This document shows positions 11,668 through 22,215 of a stretch of DNA of 64,000 nt, piece after piece. The notes beneath the pieces are model-generated. The model did no database searches. It saw only the letters and a list, made by a program, of their open reading frames with translations, and was not told the DNA's origin. Position 1 is the stretch's first letter. Each line of letters begins with the position of its first letter. Origin of the DNA: Nitrososphaeria archaeon (GTDB lineage Archaea; Thermoproteota; Nitrososphaeria; JACIWG01). Location: positions 32,001-96,000 of the forward strand of contig CAVVXT010000005.1 of assembly GCA_963752255.1 (NCBI GenBank), read 5' to 3'. Position numbers and translations under genes: made by a program.

Positions 11668-11868
11668 TTAGACTATCTTTGATCTAAGATTATGCTTATA
11701 AATTTCTGGACTATCTAGCCATGAAAATATAACATCAGCCTTGTATTCATCGTATACGTCGAATAAGCGTTTTTTTGTTTGGTCCAGTAGTTCTTGATTT
11801 TCTTGGCTTGGATTTTTTCGATAGATATTCAAAGCGACCCTGAATTCTCTCCTTGCTGCTTCAATCAT
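11668..11868 (-). CDS. Hypothetical protein
   Basis: 66-aa helical-looking ORF; may be a fragment. Confidence 0.45.
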   Translation of the reverse strand: MIEAARREFRVALNIYRKNPSQENQELLDQTKKRLFDVYDEYKADVIFSWLDSPEIYKHNLRSKIV

Positions 11869-12098
11869 TATTCTTTGCTTTTTCTAGCTTTGCAAGCCCG
11901 CTCAATGTTGGCGCATTATTAAACTGTGACCTTCCGTTCATATCCAATCAGGCCTTTTTTGCCACATAAATGATATGTAGTAGAATATAATATACTTTTC
12001 GCTAATATTCAATATTTCTTTAAGCTCCGTTAAAATTTAGCTTGCTATTAACCTGAAGATTCTTTATCGTGTACTTGATGTGACATCGTTTCCGCCTC

Positions 12099-12443
12099 TC
12101 ATTTAGGCTGCCCCTTCTCTAGAAGCTCCCGAATACGTTTTAACTCAGCCAAAATTTGGAGATCAACATTTTCTGGAGCCAGTGAAGGTCTTCTCTGACG
12201 GTCTTCTCTGGGATATTCTCCTCGATGGCGGTCTTCCGTTCTTGGCGGTCTTCTCTTAGCCCAGCACTCTTGGCAGTAGACAGGGCGATCTCCTGTTGGC
12301 CGGAATGGAACTTCACATTCCTTACCACAGTCAGCGCAAACACTTTTATGCATCTCTCTGGAACTGCGATCAAAACCTTGCCTACCTCTAGGACTGCGCG
12401 CGCGGTTAGAACTTCGTCTATCTCTAAAACCCATTTCGTTCAC
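12099..12443 (-). CDS. CxxC-x17-CxxC zinc-ribbon domain protein
   Basis: REMHKSVCADCGKECEVPFRPTGDRPVYCQECW. Confidence 0.9.
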   Translation of the reverse strand: MNEMGFRDRRSSNRARSPRGRQGFDRSSREMHKSVCADCGKECEVPFRPTGDRPVYCQECWAKRRPPRTEDRHRGEYPREDRQRRPSLAPENVDLQILAELKRIRELLEKGQPK

Positions 12444-12590
12444 TCCTTTTTTCTTAAGTATACCTACAAAATAGCTTGCTTTAAGTCTTTGTTGGAGGCG
12501 ATGAATTGTTTTTCCTTGAGCATATGACTTGGGCTTATATTTGGAATATTCCTTTTGAAGGAGACATCAATTTTATCAAAATCAAGTTTT

Positions 12591-13160
12591 TCAAGGAAGG
12601 TTAATTGTTTCTTTGAATGTATCACGTATTTTTTCTACTGTCTTAATGAGGCTGTCTCCCCTTTTTCTGTCGAACAAGATAAAGAGTATATTCAGATAAT
12701 TGCAGTCATCACTGTACTCTTGCCGGTCGTCCACTAAAACGAAATTGTTCTTATCTGATTCTTTGTCGATTATATACTTTAACTGGCGTCTTTTAGCCCC
12801 GAAGTTATCTCTTGGGAGAACTTCTCTTAAATAAGGTCTTAAATTATATTTATCTATGAAGATATTTAGAGCTTTCTCAGACTGCATTGAGGCTATGTAA
12901 ACTGGGCCTTTAAAAGATTTGATCGCGGGTTTAACGTCATCGAATAATTGGGCTTTATGGATCACTTTTAATTCTTGTTCCTCTATTATTTTGCTGTACA
13001 GATCGAACATTACTGTTCCGTAACAGTCTTCCAAAAAGGTGATTATATCCTCAATATCATGTCCTGCGATCTCAGAAGTCCTTTTATATACAATCCTCCA
13101 GTCAATGTCTAAATCTGTTATTACGCCGTCCAGGTCCAATATTAAAATCGTCTTCTTCAT
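12591..13160 (-). CDS. HAD-superfamily hydrolase
   Basis: LDLDGVI motif I, VLVDD motif IV. Confidence 0.85.
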   Translation of the reverse strand: MKKTILILDLDGVITDLDIDWRIVYKRTSEIAGHDIEDIITFLEDCYGTVMFDLYSKIIEEQELKVIHKAQLFDDVKPAIKSFKGPVYIASMQSEKALNIFIDKYNLRPYLREVLPRDNFGAKRRQLKYIIDKESDKNNFVLVDDRQEYSDDCNYLNILFILFDRKRGDSLIKTVEKIRDTFKETINLP

Positions 13161-13393
13161 TCGGAAGCTCTCCTAGTTCAAGTTTGTACAACCCCACTAC
13201 CTTATGAAAGAGTCATAAATGTTTTGCTACAAAAAACAAAACGATTGCACCGAATTCTTCGAGTATGCATAGATGTGACTTGACAAATGCTCGTTTCAAG
13301 ATAACAAAACAATGTCGTGTACACTGTTACAAGCCTGACATGAAAGAAAAAGTGAAGATGGATTGTGTCGGCTTTTCTTAATCATCTTCACTG

Positions 13394-13840
13394 CTATTGT
13401 CCTTTTACTAAACTCCTCAAGATATCTAGTCTTTTCTTAGCCTTTTTATTTGAGTTTAAAAGTATCTGGTTTGCTTCTCCTGATATATGCGCAATCTTCC
13501 CTGTAACATCAGCATATAATTGGGATATCTGTTCTTCTATAATTGTCGCCTTATCAATTGCTGTGATTTGTCTGTTTAAAATCGTGTCATCTATTCCTTT
13601 TAAACACTTTTCAATTTCCACTCCCGATATCGGTTCAAGTGTGAACTCCACTATTGTTTCCCGTTTTGTCGTCTCAATCTTTTTCGCAATGTCTTGATGC
13701 TCCTTTGAAAAAATTTGAAAATAGTTCGATAGCTCCCCATCCGCTCCTATTCTCGAGCTAGTGTAAAAATTCCCAGCCCTTACTTCAATATCTATGAGCC
13801 TACTCAATAAAGAGCTCATAGTGTACCTTTCTTCATCCAT
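13394..13840 (-). CDS. Ferritin-like/rubrerythrin-like protein
   Basis: IE...FY, KEHQ, IEE...LY four-helix pattern; co-oriented with MSDH. Confidence 0.6.
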   Translation of the reverse strand: MDEERYTMSSLLSRLIDIEVRAGNFYTSSRIGADGELSNYFQIFSKEHQDIAKKIETTKRETIVEFTLEPISGVEIEKCLKGIDDTILNRQITAIDKATIIEEQISQLYADVTGKIAHISGEANQILLNSNKKAKKRLDILRSLVKGQ

Positions 13841-13841
13841 C

Positions 13842-15320
13842 CTACCATCTTTCGATGACTACCTTCTTATCAGTGAAGAAATCTACACAATCAATCTGTC
13901 CGTGTAATGTTCCAAAGAAGGAGTCTCTTCTTCCACCAAAGGGAAAGAACGCCATTGCCGCAGCTATACCTATGTTTATTCCGATGTTTCCTGCGTTTGC
14001 CTGTCTCCTGAACTCCCTTGCGTTCTTACCATTCTTCGTGAAGAGACATGCTGCGTTACCGTAGTTTGTCTTACGGTTTATCATGTCGAGCGCCTCACGT
14101 AGATTTTGGGCTCTGATTATTGATGCTACTGGACCAAATATTTCTTCTCTTGCAATCGTCATATCAGGTGTCACATCATCGAACACGCTGCCCCCTAGAA
14201 AGTATCCATTAGGGTAATCCGGAACTCTTGGATTTCTCCCATCAAGTGTCAGTTTAGCACCTTCGTCGACACCTTTTTGTATGTAACCCACTATTCGTTC
14301 CTTAGACTTTTTAGTGACTACAGGACCCATCTCGATGGATTCGTCAAGTCCGTATCCAAGCCTCATCTTCGCAATCGCCTGTACAAAACGATCCCGAAGT
14401 TTTTCGTGCATGCCTCCTATCAGAACTAGGTTCGATCCAGATCGACACCTTTGACCCGTATTGCCAAAGAATGATGGCATTAGAGCTTGGATTGTCCTAT
14501 CTATATCAGTATCCTCATCGACCACAACATAGTTCTTCGCACCCGCTTGACATATGGCCCTTTTACCATATTCCCCTGCAAGCTTGTAGACCTGTTTTGC
14601 GACAGGTGTTGAGCCAACAAAGCAGACTCCTTTAGTATGCGGACTCGTTACGATGGCTTCGCTTACATCTTTCCCTCCATGAACGATGTTCACAACACCC
14701 TCAGGGAACCCTACTTCATCAAAGGCATTCAGAGCCCATTGCATAGGTAACGGAGTAATTTCACTTGGCTTTACAACCAATGTGCAACCAACTGTTAACG
14801 CTATAGGAATAAACCAGAAGGGAGCAAGAGAAGGAAAGTTGAATGGACCTAAGATGCCAAACACACCTAACGGTTCCTTAACAAGTGTCTCGTCAATTCC
14901 TGTGGCGACCTGATCCAGATGCTCACCCTTAGCAAGTGTATAAGAAATCGAACAAGCGGTTTCAATATTCTCCGTGAGCCTTCTGGTTTCTCCCCTTGCC
15001 TCATCGATTATCTTTCCATGATTCTGAGTTGTTATCCTTGCAATATCTTCTATTCGCTCATCTATCCTCTGCTTTAGCTTATAGATGTAACCTACTCTTG
15101 TAGTAATGGGTAATTCTCTCCACTTTTCAAACGCGTCCTCTGCGATCTTGATTGCATCATCAACCTCTTCTTTTTTGGAGAAGGGTACTTCAGCAATCGC
15201 TGTGTCAAATGCTGGATTCATAACCTTTTGATACTGCGACGTTTTAGATTCTATATATTCACCGTTTACATAAAGAGGCAGTTTTCCATATTCATTTTTA
15301 ATTTCCTGTAATATGGCCAT
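13842..15320 (-). CDS. CoA-acylating (methyl)malonate-semialdehyde dehydrogenase
   Basis: PFNFP, KPSE, FVGST, GAKNYVVV (no catalytic Glu, typical of MSDH), GQRC, EEIFGPV, YGNAACLFT. Confidence 0.9.
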   Translation of the reverse strand: MAILQEIKNEYGKLPLYVNGEYIESKTSQYQKVMNPAFDTAIAEVPFSKKEEVDDAIKIAEDAFEKWRELPITTRVGYIYKLKQRIDERIEDIARITTQNHGKIIDEARGETRRLTENIETACSISYTLAKGEHLDQVATGIDETLVKEPLGVFGILGPFNFPSLAPFWFIPIALTVGCTLVVKPSEITPLPMQWALNAFDEVGFPEGVVNIVHGGKDVSEAIVTSPHTKGVCFVGSTPVAKQVYKLAGEYGKRAICQAGAKNYVVVDEDTDIDRTIQALMPSFFGNTGQRCRSGSNLVLIGGMHEKLRDRFVQAIAKMRLGYGLDESIEMGPVVTKKSKERIVGYIQKGVDEGAKLTLDGRNPRVPDYPNGYFLGGSVFDDVTPDMTIAREEIFGPVASIIRAQNLREALDMINRKTNYGNAACLFTKNGKNAREFRRQANAGNIGINIGIAAAMAFFPFGGRRDSFFGTLHGQIDCVDFFTDKKVVIERW

Positions 15321-15408
15321 TTTTTATCCTACTTTCAGCTCGACACTCTAAAGTTAAAAACATACCTATCCGGGAATAAAAAAAGGGTAATCTACAATAT
15401 CAGATAGA

Positions 15409-16547
15409 CTATAGTGTTTCGCCGACTATTTCTAAGAGATCTTTTTCATCGAGTTCCACAATGTTGTTCTCTAGATTTCTTTTAAACGAAAGCCCTTCTT
15501 GTACGATGGCATTTTTCTCTTCCTCCTTGATTCCGAGGTCACCCAGCTTCTTAGCGATGCCGATTTGATCCAACGTCCCACGTATTTTCTTGACGAAATA
15601 TTCTGCATCCTTTTGTTGGAAGCCACTAAGAAGGGATAATTCTTCTAATCTTTTCCGGATATCTTCAATTTCATAAGATAAGATATTTGGAAGAAACATG
15701 ATAGTCGCAACCCCATGAGGAATATGGTATTTTGAAGATAGGTAGTATCCTAGAGCGTGGGCCACCGTTGTTCCAGTAGTGTTTATTGCAGCACCTCCTA
15801 GACATGCAGCGTAAAGCATATGTTCCTTGGCATCTTCTTCACCACCGTAGGCTTTGACGATGTTTTCGAAGGCGACCTTTGAAGCTTCTGCAGAATAGAG
15901 GTCGGAGATGGGTGAATGTTTTTTGCCTAAAAAGGATTCGACCGCGTGACAAAGGGCATCCGATCCTGTTGAAGCAATCAAACTCGGAGGCAAAGGTTTT
16001 AATGTGTCCGCGTCCAATAGCGCAAACCTTGGGATAAGTGGATCACCAGTATTGTCTTCTTCTTTTTAGAACTGTCTTCTGTTATAATTGCATATTTTGT
16101 TACTTCACTGCCTGTACCGCACGTTGTAGGAACAGCTATTACTGGATACAGTTCTTTTTCAACAACGTTTGGATAATAGTAATCTCTTATATTTCCTCCA
16201 AGCTTCGCTGCAAGGGAAACAGCTTTAGCTGAATCGATGACGCTCCCACCTCCGAAAGCTAAGATTTGATCACATCCGCTATCCAGAAAGATATCTAATA
16301 TCTTCTTCAGACCTTTTTCTGTTGGGCTTACTTCAACTTCATCGTACATGTATAACGGAATTTCTTTTTCACTTATCTTCTCTAATATATATTCCGTAAA
16401 GCCATATTTTGTGGCAAAATCACTCATAGTAATCAAGAAGACCTTTTTCCCATACTGAGAGACTACTTCACCTATTTTTGATAGACCTCCTCTTCCGAAG
16501 ATGATCTTCGTTGGTAAATGATACTGAAAGCTTTCCAAGAATATCAC
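15409..16547 (-). CDS. Iron-containing alcohol dehydrogenase (frameshift near 16040)
   Basis: GGGSVID, VPTTCGTGSEVT in 15999..16547; DALCHAVE, AHALGY, HIPHG in 15409..16017. Confidence 0.9.
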
Positions 16548-16634
16548 ACAGTCAAGTCTTTAAATTATTTAGTTAAAAATGTTATTAAGACCAACTAGAA
16601 GATCAGCTTCTGCTTGACATTAACATATGTTTAA

Positions 16635-17324
16635 TTATATCTTAAATAATAGACCTGAATACTTATCCATTCTTATTTTTTCCCCTTCTGGTTGTACCAT
16701 CCAAGTCATCCAGCAAAGTTCTATGGGCCTATATCCTGTCTTTGAGGCGATTTCCTCCATCTTTTTTACAAATTGGATATTGTCTTCAACAGGTTTTTCC
16801 CCGGCTTTTCGCAGGATACCGTTTATTACCCTCTTTACTATCTTGTCAGGCATGACGGTGTCAACTCCACCCATCATTCTCAGATATTGGAAGGTGACTA
16901 TTCCAACGCCCTGTATTGCACCAATAGGATCTTTGTCCCATGTTTCTAGGCTAGCTTGTCCTGCCCATTTCCTAAGATTGGATCTATCTTCATCACCTAG
17001 AAGTGATAGATAGGATGAAATACCGTTTGCGATCGCCCAAGACCTCCTGTTACTCCATACAGTTCTTAATTCTTCTAAATCTGCTTTAACAAGATCCCTA
17101 AGGCTAATTATTCTCCCGTTCTCAACGAACCTGTTATCGAACTCTTTAACCTTAGGAACTACTGCAGTAAAATAATTCAAGCCTATTGACGTGAACGCTG
17201 CGTCGACGACCATCAGAATTACGTGACCACCCCATCTTTCAGTCCTAAGACATCTATCGCAATATCCTTCTATCCCAGAAACCTTATCCATGTGACTATC
17301 AATCAACTTTTTTAATAGGTCCAT
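16635..17324 (-). CDS. HhH-GPD-like (DNA glycosylase fold) conserved archaeal protein
   Basis: IQGVGIVTFQYLRM..VMPDKIVKR resembles HhH + Asp motif. Confidence 0.6.
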   Translation of the reverse strand: MDLLKKLIDSHMDKVSGIEGYCDRCLRTERWGGHVILMVVDAAFTSIGLNYFTAVVPKVKEFDNRFVENGRIISLRDLVKADLEELRTVWSNRRSWAIANGISSYLSLLGDEDRSNLRKWAGQASLETWDKDPIGAIQGVGIVTFQYLRMMGGVDTVMPDKIVKRVINGILRKAGEKPVEDNIQFVKKMEEIASKTGYRPIELCWMTWMVQPEGEKIRMDKYSGLLFKI

Positions 17325-17460
17325 TTGGAGTACGCCGATTGTCTATTTACAAGATAAAATGCAACCTTGTATATATTATTGTTTCGTTCCTGTAGTCCGA
17401 TTTTGCAAAAAACGCTTATCTACGTCTAAGGTTATTTATTGCAACGTGAATTTATAGGGA

Positions 17461-17595
17461 AAGATACTGGAAAGCTTCAAAGAGAGAACTAGAGAATCTT
17501 ATGAGAAATTCTCGGAGGCGAAGAAGTATCTTCCGGGGGGAGATACACGCGACTCAATCTTCTACACTTCATGCCCTGTATTTATGTCAAGATAG
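17461..17595 (+). pseudogene. N-terminal relic of class III aminotransferase (GSA-like)
   Basis: Manual translation KILESFKERTRESYEKFSEAKKYLPGGDTRDSIFYTSCPVFMSR*; no start codon, stop after 44 codons. Confidence 0.7.
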
Positions 17596-17644
17596 ATGTA
17601 ATTACATTTTTTTAAATATCCTCTTTGACTTAATGTTTATCTAA

Positions 17645-18463
17645 TTGGCCCTAAAATTTATCTTTATGCCCCATTCCATGGATGTTGAATTCATTTGCAA
17701 GGGTGGTTTTGGTAGTGAAGCAGACATAGATGTTGAACTGAGAAGGTTTTTTCCAGGTATAGGAGGCGGCATCCGCACTTATCAGGCTTTACTTGTGGCC
17801 TTCAGAAAGGAGTTTAGCAGAACATTTAATGTCGGCCATAGGCTGTTCCTTAGGCACACTATAATAAAGAAGCTTGAAGACTACTTTTTTAAAAAAGGTT
17901 TTTACCAGTACGCTCATATAACAAGACCATTAGGTTCAAGCCAAGAAGGGTACATTTATGAATGGGCCTTTGGGAGCGATGTTTTCCCATGGTACGTAGT
18001 CAACGAATCCTACGAAAATGTTTCCGTGGAATTGGAGGATTGGGGAAATTTCATTGTCGCCTTCAATGAGGCAGGTATCAATTTGCAGAAGGATTGCACG
18101 AATCCGGATGATGGACGTGTTTCCCAGAACATCATACACCAATTTCCCTACGGGGTGGATTCCCACAGATCCAAATTAAACCGTTTGTGGAAGAGAATAG
18201 ATTTTGGCGATAAGAGCATTAACTTCGATTACAGCAGACTAGTTGAGTATTTAGAAAAAAATGAAGTTGACATGAAGGAGAATCTTAGAGTAGGAAGATA
18301 CGATATGATCGTGCTATCGTGCAAGTACTTGATGAATGGCGAACATATGGACCCCGAAGATTTGGGCGAACTCAATATTTTAGTGAGAGATTATAGACTT
18401 TCCACATTAGCCCATCTGAACACGAGGGGAGTCGAAAGTTCACAGGATGTAAGGTTGCTCTAA
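17645..18463 (+). CDS. Hypothetical protein, possible divergent protein-kinase-like fold
   Basis: KGGFGS, VAFRK, YIYEW, D...SQNII, KRIDFG in kinase order. Confidence 0.55.
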   Translation: MALKFIFMPHSMDVEFICKGGFGSEADIDVELRRFFPGIGGGIRTYQALLVAFRKEFSRTFNVGHRLFLRHTIIKKLEDYFFKKGFYQYAHITRPLGSSQEGYIYEWAFGSDVFPWYVVNESYENVSVELEDWGNFIVAFNEAGINLQKDCTNPDDGRVSQNIIHQFPYGVDSHRSKLNRLWKRIDFGDKSINFDYSRLVEYLEKNEVDMKENLRVGRYDMIVLSCKYLMNGEHMDPEDLGELNILVRDYRLSTLAHLNTRGVESSQDVRLL

Positions 18464-18661
18464 TTCTTTTTAAGGAAAAATAAGGAATAATCATAGTTCT
18501 CGGTTAAGCTGAATCGATTTCATTTAAAACTTGTTTTATCCTTTTCAATAGTTCTTTTTTAATTTGTTAACCCCATAAATCATTTCAATAGGAATTTGTT
18601 CAACCTTTAATATTGTTAAAACTATTAAGGTTTTCGCTTTAATAACTTCTAATATAATAAT

Positions 18662-19474
18662 TCAGGTTCTATTTGACTCGAGAAACTGTAATATTGCTTC
18701 TTCTAATTCTTTAGGCTTCTCTAAAGCGTAGCCATGTCCACATTCTTTGATAATAGTCAACTTCGAACCCTTGATTTCTCCAGCAAGTGTCTTAGAGAAT
18801 CTTGGAGGTGTCAAAATATCTTCATCCCCCACAATTATATGTGTTGGAATTTTGATCTGGTTCAGTCTTGACGATGTATTATGGTGTATGCATGCATCTG
18901 CTTGTCTTAAGAACGCGAAAGTTGGCTGAGGATGCGGGTTTTCGGCTATAAGTTTTAGAACTTCTTCCATTGCACCCTTTTTCTCATAGAATCTGAATGT
19001 TAAACACCATCTTAGTATGTGCCTCATGAATTGTGTTCTATTATTCTTGAGCTCTTTGCATTCTATAATAAATTTTAATCCTTCAATTATATCTTGCATT
19101 AGTGCATCTGTTTTTGGCCAAGTAGCTAGTAAAGTTATAGTTTTAAGAAGCTTAGGATAACCTATAGCTAATTCTTGTGTAATGGCACCACCCATGGAAT
19201 GGCCTATAACATGTACGTGGTCTAAACCCAATTCTTCAATTAAGGCGGCTGTGTCATCAGCCATCATCTTAATACTGTATGGGAAATCAGGTTTATTAGA
19301 CTGTCCAACACCCCTATTGTCAAATACTATACAGCGAAAATTTTTACTCAAATCTTTAGCAAAAGGCAGCCAACTTTGATAATCATCACCAAGTCCACTG
19401 ACCCATATAACTGGCTCACCTGAACCCATAACTTCATAATACATTTGGATTCCATTTGCTATAATTTTTGGCAA
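18662..19474 (-). CDS. Alpha/beta hydrolase
   Basis: FDNRGVGQS, GHSMGG nucleophile elbow, GDED, CGH. Confidence 0.95.
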   Translation of the reverse strand: MPKIIANGIQMYYEVMGSGEPVIWVSGLGDDYQSWLPFAKDLSKNFRCIVFDNRGVGQSNKPDFPYSIKMMADDTAALIEELGLDHVHVIGHSMGGAITQELAIGYPKLLKTITLLATWPKTDALMQDIIEGLKFIIECKELKNNRTQFMRHILRWCLTFRFYEKKGAMEEVLKLIAENPHPQPTFAFLRQADACIHHNTSSRLNQIKIPTHIIVGDEDILTPPRFSKTLAGEIKGSKLTIIKECGHGYALEKPKELEEAILQFLESNRT

Positions 19475-19818
19475 GCTTTTTCACAACGCCTATCGTTAAG
19501 TAGAATTTATATTTTATAAATAGATATTTCCACACTTTAAAAGACTTATGTAACTATAAGATTTCTTGAAATGATCAATAACACCCAAAAGCAATTCGAA
19601 TCAGACTTTGGAACAAATTTGAATCCTGAATTGGGAGCAAGTCCCTAATATATATGTAAAAAAATATGGAAACTACAAATAAAAGTTCTGAACAGATATG
19701 CTGTGTAATCATGAGTATTAGTTCTTATTTCAGTCGTAATAAAAGATTCCTAAACACTTAACTTACTTGGGTTTTACTTAGGAAGATTAAAATAAAAGGT
19801 GAGGAAATCGGTTAGTAA

Positions 19819-20567
19819 ATGCCTAAGGTTACTCTTAAGAATGTATCAAAAAGATTTGGTAAAGTGCTAGCAGTCGATAAATTGAGCTTGGATGTTGAAG
19901 ACGGTGAATTGTTTGCAATTGTCGGCCCCAACGGTTGTGGAAAGACCACAGTTCTTAGGATTATCGCAGGTCTAATTGAGCCTGATGAAGGTGATATCTA
20001 TATAGATGATACTAGGGTAAATAACCTTTCCCCTGTTGAAAGGGGTGTTAGGATGGTCTTCCAAGATTATGCTCTATACCCCCACATGAAGGTGTATAAT
20101 GAGGACAAAAATTCAAACCTATCATTTGCGTTAAGGATTAGGAAATATCTTCCTGAAAATATTAAGAAAAGTGTTGAACAAGTAAGTGCCAAAATAGGGA
20201 TCAACAAGGAACTTTATTCTAGACGACCGAAGGAACTGTCTGCCGGTCAGCAACAAAGGTGGCCATCGGAAGAGCCATTACCTTACCGCCTAAAGTTTTT
20301 TTACTTGATGAACCACTAGCTCATTTAGACCCGCCAGCTCGACTTAAAATCAGAGACGAAATAAAATCCCTCCATAAGGAAATGAAGGTTACAACGATCT
20401 ACGTTACAAATGATCTTCCTGAAGCTTTTGCAGTAGCAGAAAGGCTTGCCGTACTGAGGGAGGGAAAGGTCATTCAAGTGGGTAGACCCCGTGAAGTTTA
20501 CGAGCATCCCGCTGACGATTTTGTTTCAGACTTCCTTAAAGCTTACGAAATATTTCGCAGAGTATAG
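19819..20567 (+). CDS. MalK-like ABC transporter ATPase (frameshift near 20258)
   Basis: GPNGCGKT, LSAGQQQR, then FLLDEPLAHLD in ORF 20259..20567. Confidence 0.9.
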
Positions 20568-20612
20568 TATACTTTAAGCCCACTGGAAAACAATACACAT
20601 AAATAACGTAAT

Positions 20613-21008
20613 GTGACATTTGATTACATGGATCAAAATTCAATTGAAGTCGTTATTGAACCATACCATAAGATAATTGTACACGAATTAGTAGAATATA
20701 GGCTCAGCGACTGGGTTAACATCATCATTACTGGAATAAAGTCACTTGGCGGAAGTATGCCAACCCTCTTCTGGTGTAACGGAGTTGTGTTCCAGTCAGC
20801 GCAGTTCAATACAAACAGCGAGACGGTGATAAAGCAGCAATTGAATGGCATCATTCATTATAGTTCGGTGACATTTGCGCTTAAAGAAAAGTTCCAGAAC
20901 GAAATTAGGACGGATAAGGGAACGATACTTCTTGTAGATGTAAGTGCCAATATAAATTTGGTTAAACTCGCTGAAGTCTTGAAAGGTTATTCCAAGATTA
21001 AAGAGTAA
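20613..21008 (+). CDS. Hypothetical protein
   Basis: 131-aa ORF with globular composition. Confidence 0.75.
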   Translation: MTFDYMDQNSIEVVIEPYHKIIVHELVEYRLSDWVNIIITGIKSLGGSMPTLFWCNGVVFQSAQFNTNSETVIKQQLNGIIHYSSVTFALKEKFQNEIRTDKGTILLVDVSANINLVKLAEVLKGYSKIKE

Positions 21009-21025
21009 AAAACTTGAGTTTGTAT

Positions 21026-21187
21026 CTACCTTCTTATAGGTAACTTGATTGTGAATGTTGTTCCCCTGTTCTCTTGACTTTCTACCAATATTGTCCAATT
21101 TTGAGATTCGATAAGCCTTTTAGATACTTTTAATCCTAATCCTTGACCCTTGGATTTAGTTGTGAAAAGTGGTTCAAAAATCTTCAT
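21026..21187 (-). pseudogene. Histidine kinase HATPase C-terminal fragment
   Basis: Manual translation MKIFEPLFTTKSKGQGLGLKVSKRLIESQNWTILVESQENRGTTFTIKLPIRR* = F, G2, G3 boxes only. Confidence 0.85.
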
Positions 21188-21196
21188 CTACTCTAA

Positions 21197-22135
21197 TCAT
21201 TTTAGTTCTTTTTGAACTTTTGTATGAAATTTTTTGAACCAGTTAAATCCGAACTTCTCCATTTGCATCAAATACTTATCGTTGCCCTTTGGCATAAGGT
21301 CTGCGCGATAATGGAGAGTAAAATAATACTGAGCTGCATTAATGTAACCCTGCTTTCCAATTAGATCAAGACACTTTTTAGCAAATTTATCATTTTGAAC
21401 TTTCCGACAGACTTTTTCAACGGTCTTAAGGCGCTCATCAGTTGTCTTTACCTTAATGTTCTCATACTTGTGAGCGAAGGCCTCTATAAGCTCTTTATCA
21501 GTCAATTCGACGTACTCTTCAGAGTGAACGATAACGTCAACATCAAGCTTTTTTTGTGGCAAAAGCTTGCTGTGGGGGTATCCGAGACAGACCATAACAA
21601 CGGGAAAGACCTTATCAGGTAACTTAATCATCTCTCTTATCTGGGAAAAACACTCTAATACAGAACCGATATAGACAGAACCTAGGCCCAATGAATCCGC
21701 AGCGGTACAGACGTTCTGAGCACATATTATAGTGTCTTGGAACGATACCCAGAAATGCCTAAAAGAGGACGCAGCAGTAAAGGGCGCAGCCTCAAGATCA
21801 GCCCATCTTTCAAGACGATGGAAATCAATACAAAAAATCAGCAAAACTGGTGCTTTGGCAATAAAAGCCTGTTCACATAACCTCGCCAATTCCTTCCTTT
21901 TTTCCCCCTCTATCTTTACAATAGAATAAGGTTGAAGATTGCCTGCAGAAGCAGAATGGGTTCCAGCTTTGAGAATAAGCCTCAAAATATCCTCAGGGAC
22001 TTTTTTGTCTAAGAAGTCACGGACACTAGCCCTCTCGGAGAGAATCTTCATGGTCCTGTTTGGATAATCATCAGCAAACTCATCCTTATTCTGGGACAAC
22101 TTTCCATCATAGCTTAAGAATGGTTTATCCGCCAT
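21197..22135 (-). CDS. Nitroreductase family protein
   Basis: RASVRDF, SAGNLQPY, AADSLGLGSVYIG, LGYP; start refined to MADKP. Confidence 0.9.
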   Translation of the reverse strand: MADKPFLSYDGKLSQNKDEFADDYPNRTMKILSERASVRDFLDKKVPEDILRLILKAGTHSASAGNLQPYSIVKIEGEKRKELARLCEQAFIAKAPVLLIFCIDFHRLERWADLEAAPFTAASSFRHFWVSFQDTIICAQNVCTAADSLGLGSVYIGSVLECFSQIREMIKLPDKVFPVVMVCLGYPHSKLLPQKKLDVDVIVHSEEYVELTDKELIEAFAHKYENIKVKTTDERLKTVEKVCRKVQNDKFAKKCLDLIGKQGYINAAQYYFTLHYRADLMPKGNDKYLMQMEKFGFNWFKKFHTKVQKELK

Positions 22136-22215
22136 TTTACCAAAATGAACGATATAATGACCGTATTTAAGGCTTGAAACCTTCAACCAATAGGGAAGAC
22201 CTGCAAAACATAATT

